Shown here: positions 1-8,212 of the stretch, one piece after another
How positions within the stretch are numbered: position 1 is the first letter of the stretch
Layout of the letters: each line of letters opens with the position of its first letter
Virus genome (UHGV): UHGV-0337120
Origin: a virus
DNA: 23,305 nt
Strand: one strand, 5' to 3'
Notes under the pieces: generated by a model
What the model was told of the DNA's origin: nothing
Database searches by the model: none
The model's input: only the letters and a program-made list of their open reading frames with translations
Translations under genes and position numbers: made by a program

Positions 1-666
1 GTCTTCTGCGCTGCCGCCACTCTGTGCCGCAATGAGCGCACCCTGCCGTTGCTCTTCAACAACAGGTGCAACCGCGCGACCGGCAGCATACAGACCGGCA
101 CTGCCAGCCGCCATGGCAACAGCACCGCGCTGACTGAGCTTACCGGCAATATCCTGAACACGGTCATAGCGTTGCTGCGCCTGCGTGACGCGTGCAAGCT
201 GGCCCCGCTGGCGTTCGAGCTGATCGTTGTATTCCTGCGTCCGCCTGATTGCCCTCTCGACCGCACGGTTACTTCCGTCCGCCCGTATACCGTGAGATTC
301 CAGTTCGCGACTGGCTTCGCTAAGTCGGGATTTGTGGAGGGAATAAACCGTATTAAGGCGATCAATCTTCACAGTCAGCGAGCGTATAGCTTCCTGCTGT
401 TTTTCCGTTAGTGTTGTGCCTGTACGCTGGGCCTCCTGGAGGCGCTGAAGTCGCGCACGCGCCTCGTTCAGACTGTTTTCAGTCGAGGTCACCTGCTGGC
501 GGGCACGGGAAAACGCATCACTGCTTCGCTGGAGTGACTTAAGAGCGTTCTGCGTGGAGGAAAGAGATTCGGAAAGCGCGCCGGTCATTTCCCGGGCGCG
601 CCTGACGGGTTGAGTGAGACGGTCGACCGCAGTAAGGGCTACACGTATCTGGAGATTATTACTCAT
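1..666 (-). CDS. T: Tail tape measure protein, N-terminal part (gene continues past the window start)
   Basis: Minus-strand ATG at 666-664, translation MSNNLQIRVALTAVDRLTQP... is coiled-coil and Q/R/A-rich as in tape measure proteins; sits directly after E/E' as in P2; its ATG overlaps the E' stop (GATGAGTAA). Not in the ORF track because it is open at the window edge. Confidence 0.7.
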   Translation of the reverse strand, partial: MSNNLQIRVALTAVDRLTQPVRRAREMTGALSESLSSTQNALKSLQRSSDAFSRARQQVTSTENSLNEARARLQRLQEAQRTGTTLTEKQQEAIRSLTVKIDRLNTVYSLHKSRLSEASRELESHGIRADGSNRAVERAIRRTQEYNDQLERQRGQLARVTQAQQRYDRVQDIAGKLSQRGAVAMAAGSAGLYAAGRAVAPVVEEQRQGALIAAQSGGSAED

Positions 667-1194
667 CGTTATGATTCCCGGTTCTGACGGCCGCCCGTTC
701 TCGCCAGGCAACCAGTTCACCGGGAGTCATCACAAAGATTTCAGAGGGCGACCAGTGAAATACAACGGCTATATCAGCGACAATATCTTCAACGTAATCA
801 AAAGCAAGAAGCGTTACGCGCCGCCCGCCTCCTGCGCCTTCTTCGCTGACGAGGGAAGCAAAAAACCGACTGCCACCTCGTACAGTTTAAAGAAGTCTTC
901 CGGGCACATTGACATAAGTGCCGCGCGGCTGAGGTGAGGTTCAGTTACGCGTTCCAGAAAAATGGCGGCAGCATCAACATCGGTGTTGAACAGGTCCGTC
1001 ATGCGGATCCCTCGAAGCGAGCCCACCTGACGCGCAAGCGCCCCAATCTTCACGCTGGAAACCGTCTTATTACCGCAGACAACAGGAACCCTGAGATTAA
1101 CCGTGTCATTTGCGATCGCCTCTGCGTTTTCCGTGTCGCCATTCGTCACAGCATCTGTGTCATTCGTCACGATATTTTCTTCAGTCTGATCCAT
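659..1194 (-). CDS. E': E+E' chaperone made by programmed -1 frameshift at TTTTTTG (plus 859-865)
   Basis: Hand translation: slipping -1 at T_TTT_TTG opens a 69-codon frame (FASLVSEEGAGGGRRVTLLAFDYVEDIVADIAVVFHWSPSEIFVMTPGELVAWRERAAVRTGNHNDE) ending at TAA 661-659, overlapping the T start codon. Same heptamer and layout as P2 E/E'. Confidence 0.55.
814..1194 (-). CDS. E: Tail assembly chaperone, gpE-like
   Basis: 126-aa ORF between tube gene and tape measure, P2 position of gene E; GGGAG-like RBS upstream; slippery TTTTTTG near its 3' end (plus 859-865). Confidence 0.7.
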   Translation of the reverse strand: MDQTEENIVTNDTDAVTNGDTENAEAIANDTVNLRVPVVCGNKTVSSVKIGALARQVGSLRGIRMTDLFNTDVDAAAIFLERVTEPHLSRAALMSMCPEDFFKLYEVAVGFLLPSSAKKAQEAGGA

Positions 1195-1245
1195 TATTTT
1201 TCTCCCGGGGCAACAGGACGCCGCCCCTGTTATCAGATTTAACTA

Positions 1246-1758
1246 TCAGCCAAGCCCCAGCATGGAGCGGGTGCGGTCAGAAAGAACATCCTTACCATCA
1301 ATGCGCCAGATGAAGTTCAGCACGTCGATTTCAATAACATCGCTGTTATCAACGCTGAGCTTGTACCAGGTGCATTTCATCGCATAGGTATGTTCGGTAT
1401 CTTCACCCTGTTTGGCCTCGCCCTTGTCGATTTCGACAATGCGACCACGGGCTTCAATATCGACGTACTCAATCCCTTCTTCGGAATAGTATTCACCCGA
1501 GAAGCGAACACGCACGGCATCAATACCGGCGGCGTATTTGGCAAAGATGTGACGATCGACGCCACCAACCGCAAAGGAGAGATCCAGTGCACCATCATCA
1601 AGACCGAGATCCACCGACGCAGAGCCAGGCATACCCGCCCCGCGATACGACTCTGTTTTGCGGGTCAGTTTTGGCGGGGTAAAAGACGTCACCTTGCCCA
1701 GCTTGTTGTCACCGTCCACAAAGACGGTAAACACACGAAGTTTTTTTGGTACGGCCAT
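1246..1758 (-). CDS. FII: Tail tube protein, gpFII-like
   Basis: 170-aa ORF immediately after sheath gene; start overlaps FI stop (TAATG); GGAGG RBS; size and position match P2 FII. Confidence 0.85.
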   Translation of the reverse strand: MAVPKKLRVFTVFVDGDNKLGKVTSFTPPKLTRKTESYRGAGMPGSASVDLGLDDGALDLSFAVGGVDRHIFAKYAAGIDAVRVRFSGEYYSEEGIEYVDIEARGRIVEIDKGEAKQGEDTEHTYAMKCTWYKLSVDNSDVIEIDVLNFIWRIDGKDVLSDRTRSMLGLG

Positions 1759-2951
1759 TAGCTACCTCCAAGAGATGCAAAAGCAGAGCCAAAGAACTCG
1801 TCGGTAAACGTCTGATAGAGTTCCATACATTCCATCGGTGGTACGGGCGTGTATTTGTAGCGAATACGCACAATGCCCTGACGAAGACTGGTTGTATTGT
1901 TGTCGACAATATCGAACCAGCATTCCGCCCCAATGAGTTTTCCGGCTGTCACCAGTGCATCCAGCTTTGCCTTGATAGCGCTCACGGCATCCTTAGCATT
2001 GGCAGGCGTAAGCGGTGAATCCACTATCTGAAGTTGCGCCTCCGCAATGGTGTCAGCCAGTTGCTGCGCCGTACGTGTGTACACCTCAAAGATGTACTCC
2101 GCAGTTTCCGGCGTACGGTTACCCCAGAAACGGAAGGAGCCGTCGCCCTGGTGAATAAGAGTGGTCACCTCGCTGTTGTTCAGCGTGTTGGCATCGCTGT
2201 TTTCATCCTGAAGTGACCAGGAAACAGACGCTGACACCCCAAGAACATTTTTCACAGGCATGTTAGAAAGGGAGCGATGCCAGCCCTGTTCATGGTCGAG
2301 TCGGGCACGAAGACCGCACGCATACGCCGCAGCCGGGAAGGTTTCGTTTTTACCGGACACCGGGTTGAACGCAATGAAATCAGGCCACAGAAGCATGATT
2401 TCGCGACCGGAAATCTTTTTACGGAACGCAATAGCATCGGACGGTTTTGTGCAGCCAGGGCAGCCGGAATACGCAAATGCGCGCATTTTTCCGGCAACAG
2501 TCACCAGTGCAGCCGTGACAGCATCCGATTCAAGGCCCGGAGCGGCAAGAATGCGGGGTCGGCAACCAATACCTTCCATCTGTTCGGCAACCAGAAGCGC
2601 CTGCATACCGCTGTAGCTTCCGTCTTCTTCCGTGGTACCAATGACCAGTTGATCCTGTGTTTTATTCTCAGCCCCCTCTTTTGCCGCCTCCACGCGAACG
2701 ACAATCACCCGTGTACTGACCTGGTCAGATATCGCTTTAAGGGCCTTATAAAGCGTGCCCGCTTTCCCGGCCTTCCCCAGAACAGAAGATACACGGGTAA
2801 TCAGCACTGGCTTGTTAAGGGGGAACTGCCCGGTATCCGCATCATCTGCAACGGCAACAATACCAATGACGCTGGAATCAACGTCATTAATGGCCGTCAC
2901 AAGGTCGGTATTCTCCGTGACGCGCACACCGTGAAATCGTTTTTCAGCCAT
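1758..2951 (-). CDS. FI: Contractile tail sheath protein, gpFI-like
   Basis: Contains FPLNKPVLIT, identical to a remembered P2 FI segment, plus further sheath-like blocks (RILAAPGL, WPDF, RFWGNRT, YTPVPP). Start placed at ATG 2951 (MAEKRFHGV, GGTGA RBS) rather than the track's ATG at 2963. Confidence 0.9.
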   Translation of the reverse strand: MAEKRFHGVRVTENTDLVTAINDVDSSVIGIVAVADDADTGQFPLNKPVLITRVSSVLGKAGKAGTLYKALKAISDQVSTRVIVVRVEAAKEGAENKTQDQLVIGTTEEDGSYSGMQALLVAEQMEGIGCRPRILAAPGLESDAVTAALVTVAGKMRAFAYSGCPGCTKPSDAIAFRKKISGREIMLLWPDFIAFNPVSGKNETFPAAAYACGLRARLDHEQGWHRSLSNMPVKNVLGVSASVSWSLQDENSDANTLNNSEVTTLIHQGDGSFRFWGNRTPETAEYIFEVYTRTAQQLADTIAEAQLQIVDSPLTPANAKDAVSAIKAKLDALVTAGKLIGAECWFDIVDNNTTSLRQGIVRIRYKYTPVPPMECMELYQTFTDEFFGSAFASLGGS

Positions 2952-3026
2952 ACGATTCACCATCAGTTGTGTTTATGCTCGCCTGAATAATCCACCATTG
3001 GCGCACAGCCATCACCTGATGCGGGC

Positions 3027-3044
3027 TGTGGGGATTTTTTTACA
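3027..3044. promoter_or_regulatory. TGT-N12-ACA dyad, candidate Ogr-type late activator site between divergent FI and D
   Basis: TGTggggatttttttACA read directly; centred about 55 nt upstream of plausible -10 elements in both directions (TGATAC near 3081 for D; GATTAT on the minus strand near 2986-2991 for FI). Confidence 0.4.
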
Positions 3045-3104
3045 ACAGAGCCAGACAGAAACGACAAGGTACGCGTGGGATGATACGCACACGGGAGGGA
3101 TATC

Positions 3105-4250
3105 ATGAGCATCACTGAATCAGTAACACATCACATCAACAGCGCACTGGATGCAGCGGAAGATACCGTTAGGGTGCCAGACTTCACTATCACACTGGAA
3201 GGGAAAGATGCCAGCCTGAAGAACATCACGCAGCGCATCATGAGCCTGACCATGACAGACAACAGGGGTTTTGAGGCTGACAGGGTGACACTGGAAATCG
3301 ACGACGCCGACGGCGGGGTGGTACTTCCGGAACGCGGAACACGATTATCGCTGGCGATGGGGTGGAAAGGTGAAAGCCTCACTCGCAAGGGGACGTTTGT
3401 GGTGGACGAAGTGAGCCACGAAGGTCCGCCGGATAAGCTGACCATATCCGCGAACAGTGCGGATTTTCGCGAAGAGTTTAACGTGAAACGCGAAGTCTCC
3501 TGGCATGACGTGACCGTTGAGCGTGTGGTATCTGCCATCGCGCACCGTTACGGACTGAAAGCACAAATCAGCGAAATGCTGATGAATATCGAAATCGACC
3601 ATGCAGACCAGACAGAGGAAAGCGACATCTCGTTCCTCACGCGTATGGCTGACATGCTGGGTGCAATAACCACCGTAAAAAACGGGAGCCTGCTGTTCAT
3701 TCTGCCGGGTGGCGGTGTGACAGCCAGCGGGCGCGCCCTCCCCTCATTCGCCCTGACCCGCTCGGATGGCGACAGTCATCGCTTTCGCATTGCTGACAGA
3801 AAAGCCTATACCGGAGTGAAAGCTTACTGGCTGGATTTAAAGTTCGGCCAGAAGAAGGCCGTGAACGTGAAAAAGCGAAACGCGAAAACCACACAGAAGC
3901 CGGAGAAAAGCAGTTCACGGGAGGGTGGATACATGGAAGGCGCAGAAGGCAATGTATATGTGCTGAGAAAAACCTACCCGAACGAAGAAGCCGCGCGTCG
4001 CGCAGCTGCCGCACGCTGGCAGCAACTTCAGCGGGGTGCAGCAGAATTCAGCATCACGCTGGCGCGCGGACGCGCCGACCTGTATCCGGAGATGCACGGC
4101 ACGGTATCCGGGTTCAAGAGCGATATTGACAATCAGGACTGGGTTATTTCGCGCATTGAGCACGTCATCGACGACAGCGGCTTCACCACCAGACTGGAGC
4201 TGGAAGCAAAAATCGCAGACTGGATAGCAGAGCGCGCCACAACTGGCTAG
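3105..4250 (+). CDS. D: Tail protein / late control protein gpD-like
   Basis: 381 aa; blocks FTITLEGKD, LTMTDNRGFEADRV, SWHD, FLTRMA, GGYMEGAEGNV, AAEFSITLARGRADLYPE, DWVISRIEHV, GFTTRLELE align to P2 gpD from memory; GGGAGGG RBS. Confidence 0.9.
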   Translation: MSITESVTHHINSALDAAEDTVRVPDFTITLEGKDASLKNITQRIMSLTMTDNRGFEADRVTLEIDDADGGVVLPERGTRLSLAMGWKGESLTRKGTFVVDEVSHEGPPDKLTISANSADFREEFNVKREVSWHDVTVERVVSAIAHRYGLKAQISEMLMNIEIDHADQTEESDISFLTRMADMLGAITTVKNGSLLFILPGGGVTASGRALPSFALTRSDGDSHRFRIADRKAYTGVKAYWLDLKFGQKKAVNVKKRNAKTTQKPEKSSSREGGYMEGAEGNVYVLRKTYPNEEAARRAAAARWQQLQRGAAEFSITLARGRADLYPEMHGTVSGFKSDIDNQDWVISRIEHVIDDSGFTTRLELEAKIADWIAERATTG

Positions 4251-4291
4251 AATGAGCGCGAGCCCACCCCGTTTCAGCCTGGGGGACCATC

Positions 4292-4594
4292 ATGCATCCT
4301 TGCCCATACTGCGGAGCAAGTACCCGCACCAGAACAAGCCGCGACGCCAACGATACAGGAACAATCAGGGAGAAATATTACCAGTGCAACAACATTGAAT
4401 GCAGCGCCACCTTTGTGACGCACGAGTTTGTCGTGAGAACCGTATGCCGTCCGCAACCCACCGAAGAACGGGGAGTCGTCCCCGCAGACGCTTTCAAATC
4501 ATGCCACCGGGGAAGGGATCAACTCAGCCTCCCCCTGGGCGATTGCGCCTCCCAGTCAAAAACTGTACATTACGCGCGGGTGCCTTTCGGCTGA
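4292..4594 (+). CDS. ogr: Ogr/Delta-family zinc-finger late transcription activator
   Basis: CPYC...QCNNIECSATF matches the Ogr C-x2-C...C-x4-C finger (P2 Ogr CPLC...QCQNVNCSATF); directly downstream of D as in P2. ORF is 100 aa, longer than P2 Ogr, so the C-terminal extent is uncertain. Confidence 0.8.
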   Translation: MHPCPYCGASTRTRTSRDANDTGTIREKYYQCNNIECSATFVTHEFVVRTVCRPQPTEERGVVPADAFKSCHRGRDQLSLPLGDCASQSKTVHYARVPFG

Positions 4595-4725
4595 CGGCTG
4601 GAAGGATTACCTGAAGGCCGGATGTGGAAAGGCCCCGAGTCAAACATATTGTTTAACCCGAGGCCCTGACCATCTAACCGTGACAAGTGGAAGGTTAGCG
4701 CCTCTTTGAAAAAGGAGCAAGCGCT

Positions 4726-4866
4726 ATGCCGCAAAAAACGATCATCGTGAGCATTTTATGCTTAACCATGTTGTTGACCGTCTGGATGATACACCGTTCA
4801 CCGTGTGAGTTCAGACTTAACATCATGTGGTCAGAATTTGCGGCGTTCTTGCAGTGTAAACAGTAA
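4726..4866 (+). CDS. hok: Hok/Gef-family type I toxin-like small membrane protein (46 aa)
   Basis: Hand translation MPQKTIIVSILCLTMLLTVWMIHRSPCEFRLNIMWSEFAAFLQCKQ. Shares the spacing CLT-x9-S-x-CE-x-R-x6-E-x-AAF with Hok (R1); GGAG RBS 8 nt upstream; structured 3' region with hairpin at 4875-4896 and terminator at 4961-4991. Too short to appear in the ORF track. Confidence 0.6.
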   Translation: MPQKTIIVSILCLTMLLTVWMIHRSPCEFRLNIMWSEFAAFLQCKQ

Positions 4867-4960
4867 GAAACCGCAGCGGGGGTGAAAGCCCCCGCTATCC
4901 GGTTGCCGAAGGTTCGGTCGAAAGTCGCACCCTCACACGCAAGTCACAAAGAAAAACAAA

Positions 4961-4991
4961 GCCCGCAGCGTAAAAACTGTGGGCTTTTTTT
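4961..4991 (+). terminator. Rho-independent terminator (8-bp stem with one G-U pair, then T7)
   Basis: gcccgcag-cgtaaaaa-ctgtgggc followed by ttttttt. Confidence 0.6.
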
Positions 4992-5061
4992 GTTTAACAA
5001 CCTGGCGGTGAAAACAACAAGCAGAGATAGTCTCACCAAAAAAATTTAGAACGCCATGGCA

Positions 5062-5251
5062 ATATGTGGACAACTCGAAAAATAATCCTTTATTTTTCAT
5101 TGCATTACATCAGTTTTCGCGCCACCCGAAGGTGGCATAAGGGGGTAGCACGTATCGCTATCCCCCTTTATATATCAAATGGTTACGAGTTCAAAGTAGT
5201 TCGGAATAGTGCCATTTAGTCCCCGTTTATGGGCAAAATCTGGACAACTCC
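5062..5251. other. Candidate attP region: two direct copies of AT-N-TGGACAACTC flanking a hairpin-rich core
   Basis: aTGTGGACAactcg at 5063-5076 and atcTGGACAactcc at 5238-5251; from memory the P2 Int arm-site consensus is TGTGGACA. Two hairpins at 5121-5166 lie between them. Position between ogr and int matches P2 attP. Confidence 0.35.
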
Positions 5252-6222
5252 GCAACCGGATTGAACCTTACCGCGTCCTGGAGATAATCAGGTGCAAAGT
5301 GCGCATAGGTCATTGTTTGCTGAATTGTGCTGTGCCCTAAAATACGCTGAAGGGTAATAATGTTCCCTCCATTTATCATGAAATGAGTTGCGAATGTGTG
5401 CCGTAAAACATGCACAGACTGACCGACTGGTAAATCAGGCCGCACAGTCCTTATTGCACTTCTGACTATCGCATAACTGGGGTTCATTAATCTTCCAGTC
5501 GCTTTGACTTTAATCAGAGATTCAAGATCTTTAGCTATAGGAATAACCCGCCGCGATCCATTCTTTGTCTCCATGAAAATAACCTTCCCACCAATTATGT
5601 GTTCACCTTTAATATTGGCAACTTCACCCCAGCGCCCGCCTGTAGCCAAGCTTAACAATACAGCCTTAAGATTATCGCCAGATAAAAGTGCGGTTAGCCT
5701 AGGAATATCATCATGTGCAAGATAAGCCATTTCCGGCTGATTAATTGTTAGCTTGCGTATCTCGTGAAACGGGTTATCACCCACAAACTCTTCAACATCA
5801 ATCAGCTTTTCAAAGAAACCGCTCATCATTGCACAATAACGATTTACCGTTGACTGCTTAATTCCGCGATTCATTAATTCAAGGCGATATCTGATAATAT
5901 TTTTTCGGGTTAAGTGGTCACTTCTGTTAATACCAAGCTCTTGCATATCACGAAGAACCGCTTCAATTCTGACCCGATTCATCGCGCCATAACGATGATT
6001 CTTACCGTGGTACACCCACCACAGTTCCAGAAGATCGCTTAACGCTTTACGTTCAATAGGTTTTTCGACCCAGTCCTTATCGTGATAATGCGTCAGAACA
6101 TGGCGTTCATACATCGCCGCTTCACCACGGGTAGGAAATCGCCGCCGAAATCTTCTTCCTTCAGATCCAGCAGGCCGCACGTCCACACAGTATTTGCCAT
6201 CAGCGAGCTTCTTAATCGACAT
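5227..6222 (-). CDS. int: Tyrosine integrase, P2 Int family
   Basis: N-terminus MSIKKLADGKYCVDVRPAG matches P2 Int MAIKKLDDGRYEVDIRP; C-terminal HVLRHTFATHFMINGGNIITLQRILGH...YAHFAPDYLQDA carries the catalytic R-H-R-Y region. Start set at the ATG giving MSIKK (6222), not the track's 6258. Confidence 0.92.
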   Translation of the reverse strand: MSIKKLADGKYCVDVRPAGSEGRRFRRRFPTRGEAAMYERHVLTHYHDKDWVEKPIERKALSDLLELWWVYHGKNHRYGAMNRVRIEAVLRDMQELGINRSDHLTRKNIIRYRLELMNRGIKQSTVNRYCAMMSGFFEKLIDVEEFVGDNPFHEIRKLTINQPEMAYLAHDDIPRLTALLSGDNLKAVLLSLATGGRWGEVANIKGEHIIGGKVIFMETKNGSRRVIPIAKDLESLIKVKATGRLMNPSYAIVRSAIRTVRPDLPVGQSVHVLRHTFATHFMINGGNIITLQRILGHSTIQQTMTYAHFAPDYLQDAVRFNPVAELSRFCP

Positions 6223-6288
6223 AAGGAAGCCCCCCAATGAAAACATCATCTTGATCACAATTTTGAGAAATAAAGGCCAGATGGACCG

Positions 6289-6582
6289 TTAACCAGTCTT
6301 CTTGCCGGAGTGGGGTGATTCCGATTCGCTTCGCCCAATGTGTGCGAGAGCCGGTACCACCTGCCCGACCTTTGGTTCGACCTCATCGAACAAAAACCAG
6401 TCGCGGTATTTAGAAAATCTCGGGTGCTTAAAAAGCTTGATAGTGATCTCAAGACCAGGAAGGTTACGACCATACTCATAACTGGTCAGAGCAGAGTAAG
6501 AAATCCCAATCATATCAGCGAACTCCCGTTGAGTGAGATCTTCAGATTTACGCATGACGCGAATTTTTTGAGGAATGTCCAT
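6289..6582 (-). CDS. C: Immunity repressor, P2 C-like
   Basis: 97 aa; MRKSE...PALAH...SPHSG.KTG aligns with P2 C from memory; AGGAG RBS; divergent from cox-like gene and upstream of int as in P2. Confidence 0.85.
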   Translation of the reverse strand: MDIPQKIRVMRKSEDLTQREFADMIGISYSALTSYEYGRNLPGLEITIKLFKHPRFSKYRDWFLFDEVEPKVGQVVPALAHIGRSESESPHSGKKTG

Positions 6583-6621
6583 TTGACAAACTCCTACATA
6601 TGTGTATTAATACCACATATG
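6583..6621. promoter_or_regulatory. Switch region: candidate early promoter (TTGACA-N17-ATTAAT) overlapped by an inverted repeat, candidate operator
   Basis: TTGACA at 6583-6588; CATATGTG (6597-6604) and CACATATG (6614-6621) form a perfect 8-bp inverted repeat around a TATTAATA-containing spacer. Confidence 0.4.
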
Positions 6622-6695
6622 AACATAAAAAGAAATGTTCTAAGTGGTTCCAACTAGTGCCAGATAGAAATAGCACCAATAACGGAGGATACCAG

Positions 6696-7121
6696 ATGCA
6701 AGAAGTCACTCAAAACGCGCCTGAATCGCCTGCCGAAACACAGTGCGATCAGTTGACAGATGCGCCAGAAACCGCACACCAAAAGACCGGGCGCAAAGCC
6801 CCTGAACGCCAAGAAATCAGGCTTTCACAAAACCCTTCTCATCTCCTGTCAAAAGAAGGGTTTGCGATGTATATCGGCAAGACCGTTAACGCCATCGTGA
6901 GCATGGCAAAAGCAGGGAAATTACCCGCTGTGTACATGGCGGACCCTCTCAAGCCTGGCGGAAACGCCGAACTTTACATCAACCGGAAAGCATGGGATGA
7001 AGCCTGCGATCGACTCACTGAAAACGCACCGCAAGAATGGCACGAATGGGAAAACCGACTTTTTTTATTTAAGCCAGCAGCTGGTTCACGGAATAAACGT
7101 ATCAGTAAAAAAGCAGCTTAA
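6696..7121 (+). CDS. cox: Cox-like excisionase / early repressor (HTH)
   Basis: Segment FAMYIGKTVNAIVSMAKAGKLPAVYMADP resembles P2 Cox FAKLIGKSTGAVRRMIDKGKLPVIDMTDP; GGAGGA RBS before ATG 6696. N-terminal 55 aa are low complexity, so true start is uncertain. Confidence 0.55.
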   Translation: MQEVTQNAPESPAETQCDQLTDAPETAHQKTGRKAPERQEIRLSQNPSHLLSKEGFAMYIGKTVNAIVSMAKAGKLPAVYMADPLKPGGNAELYINRKAWDEACDRLTENAPQEWHEWENRLFLFKPAAGSRNKRISKKAA

Positions 7122-7202
7122 TATCAAACACACAGCGAAATCCACAACAGGAGATTTCGCCGTAAATAATCTAATCGTTGGTGTTATGCGGGGGCGCAAC
7201 AA

Positions 7203-7640
7203 TCAACCAAGAAGACTTTTGAAAGCAAAGGATAACCCAGTAGTAAGAGCGGATGATGCGGTGCTTTTTATCGCGTCCATTGAGCCACTCTTGGCTGCAT
7301 CAACAAGCTTGTCGCCAAATGATTGTTTAAGTGACTCTGGATCAAGCTTAAGTAATTCAAGACCTTTGGCCGTGAGAACCGCATCAGAAAAGTAATGCGG
7401 AGGAGAAGATTTAGCGGATACATAACCAGCATCAACAAGCCATGCGATGGAGTCACGGCGAAGCTCAAGAGCTTCAACTAGTTGCCTCCTGGAGGATCGG
7501 TCTTCTTCAAAAGTCAGCTCTGAAACACCGGTTAAGGCACAAATATCAATAGTTACTTTGCGGGGAAAAGTTTCATAAAGAAACGCAAAAGTTTTACCAA
7601 CTGTTTCATTAAAAACATCAAGATTTGAAGGTGTTGACAT
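7203..7640 (-). CDS. Hypothetical protein, transcribed antisense to the early operon (cargo candidate)
   Basis: About 145-aa ORF filling the 500-bp gap between cox and the next plus-strand gene; GGAG RBS before ATG 7640; AT-richer than flanks; no motif recognised. Confidence 0.5.
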   Translation of the reverse strand: MSTPSNLDVFNETVGKTFAFLYETFPRKVTIDICALTGVSELTFEEDRSSRRQLVEALELRRDSIAWLVDAGYVSAKSSPPHYFSDAVLTAKGLELLKLDPESLKQSFGDKLVDAAKSGSMDAIKSTASSALTTGLSFAFKSLLG

Positions 7641-7833
7641 GACTGACTCCACTCAAACAAAAGACTTATACAGCGATTTACGATTCATCATCATACAACA
7701 GCAATCAGGCAGACTGGATCCAACACGTGCAAGCAAGGCCTGGAAAGAAGCACTTACCGATCAGGGGATCGATGTAATTAGCGAAGTCATGGCTGAAGTG
7801 ATTTTTAAGCTAACAAGAGACGAATCACTGTAA
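7639..7833 (+). CDS. Hypothetical small early protein
   Basis: 64 aa; GAAGGTG RBS 6 nt upstream; first gene of the packed plus-strand early operon. Confidence 0.4.
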   Translation: MTDSTQTKDLYSDLRFIIIQQQSGRLDPTRASKAWKEALTDQGIDVISEVMAEVIFKLTRDESL

Positions 7834-7858
7834 TCATCGCATAAGGACCGAGTGAAGA

Positions 7859-8197
7859 ATGAAGCAACAACGAAATGCACGCATCAATAACAACACCGAA
7901 CGCCACGTTGCACGCCAGCACTTCCGTAAAAATAGTGCGACCGTAACCACTGAAATCCATGTAACACCAGACGGTCACCCGGTAAAACAAACCGGCAAAC
8001 ACACCTGGGCGATTGGCGACACTGCCATCGTTATTCACAAAAGTTTTCGCAGTCCTGTTACTGGCAGATTTAATTTCACCCTGACTCGCGGGGATGATTA
8101 CTTCGGACAGGATTTCACATTTTTTGAAGCCTTAAGAACGGCAGACAGATTAATCAACGGCCTGTGTTTTCAATATCCGGGAAGTAAGTACCGATAA
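7859..8197 (+). CDS. Hypothetical early protein
   Basis: 112-aa ORF tightly packed in the early operon. Confidence 0.5.
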   Translation: MKQQRNARINNNTERHVARQHFRKNSATVTTEIHVTPDGHPVKQTGKHTWAIGDTAIVIHKSFRSPVTGRFNFTLTRGDDYFGQDFTFFEALRTADRLINGLCFQYPGSKYR

Positions 8198-8212
8198 ATA
8201 AAGGATTCAGTC

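Noticed and set aside
49-937. Plus-strand ORFs at 49-411 and 614-937
   Set aside because: They lie antisense to the tape measure and E' coding sequence on the minus strand.
2277-2990. 237-aa plus-strand ORF opposite the tail sheath gene
   Set aside because: Shadow ORF antisense to a confidently identified gene.
4595-5226. Possible tRNA gene at the integration site
   Set aside because: No tRNA-like T-arm and acceptor/CCA arrangement seen by eye; the hairpins here read as terminators or attP core structure. A tRNA scan would settle it.
6181-6188. Third copy of the Int arm-site-like motif (TGTGGACg, minus strand)
   Set aside because: It lies inside the int coding sequence with one mismatch; probably chance.
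6600-6695. Track start at 6600 for the cox-like ORF
   Set aside because: That start lies inside the promoter/operator region; the ATG at 6696 has a GGAGGA RBS. The true start remains uncertain.
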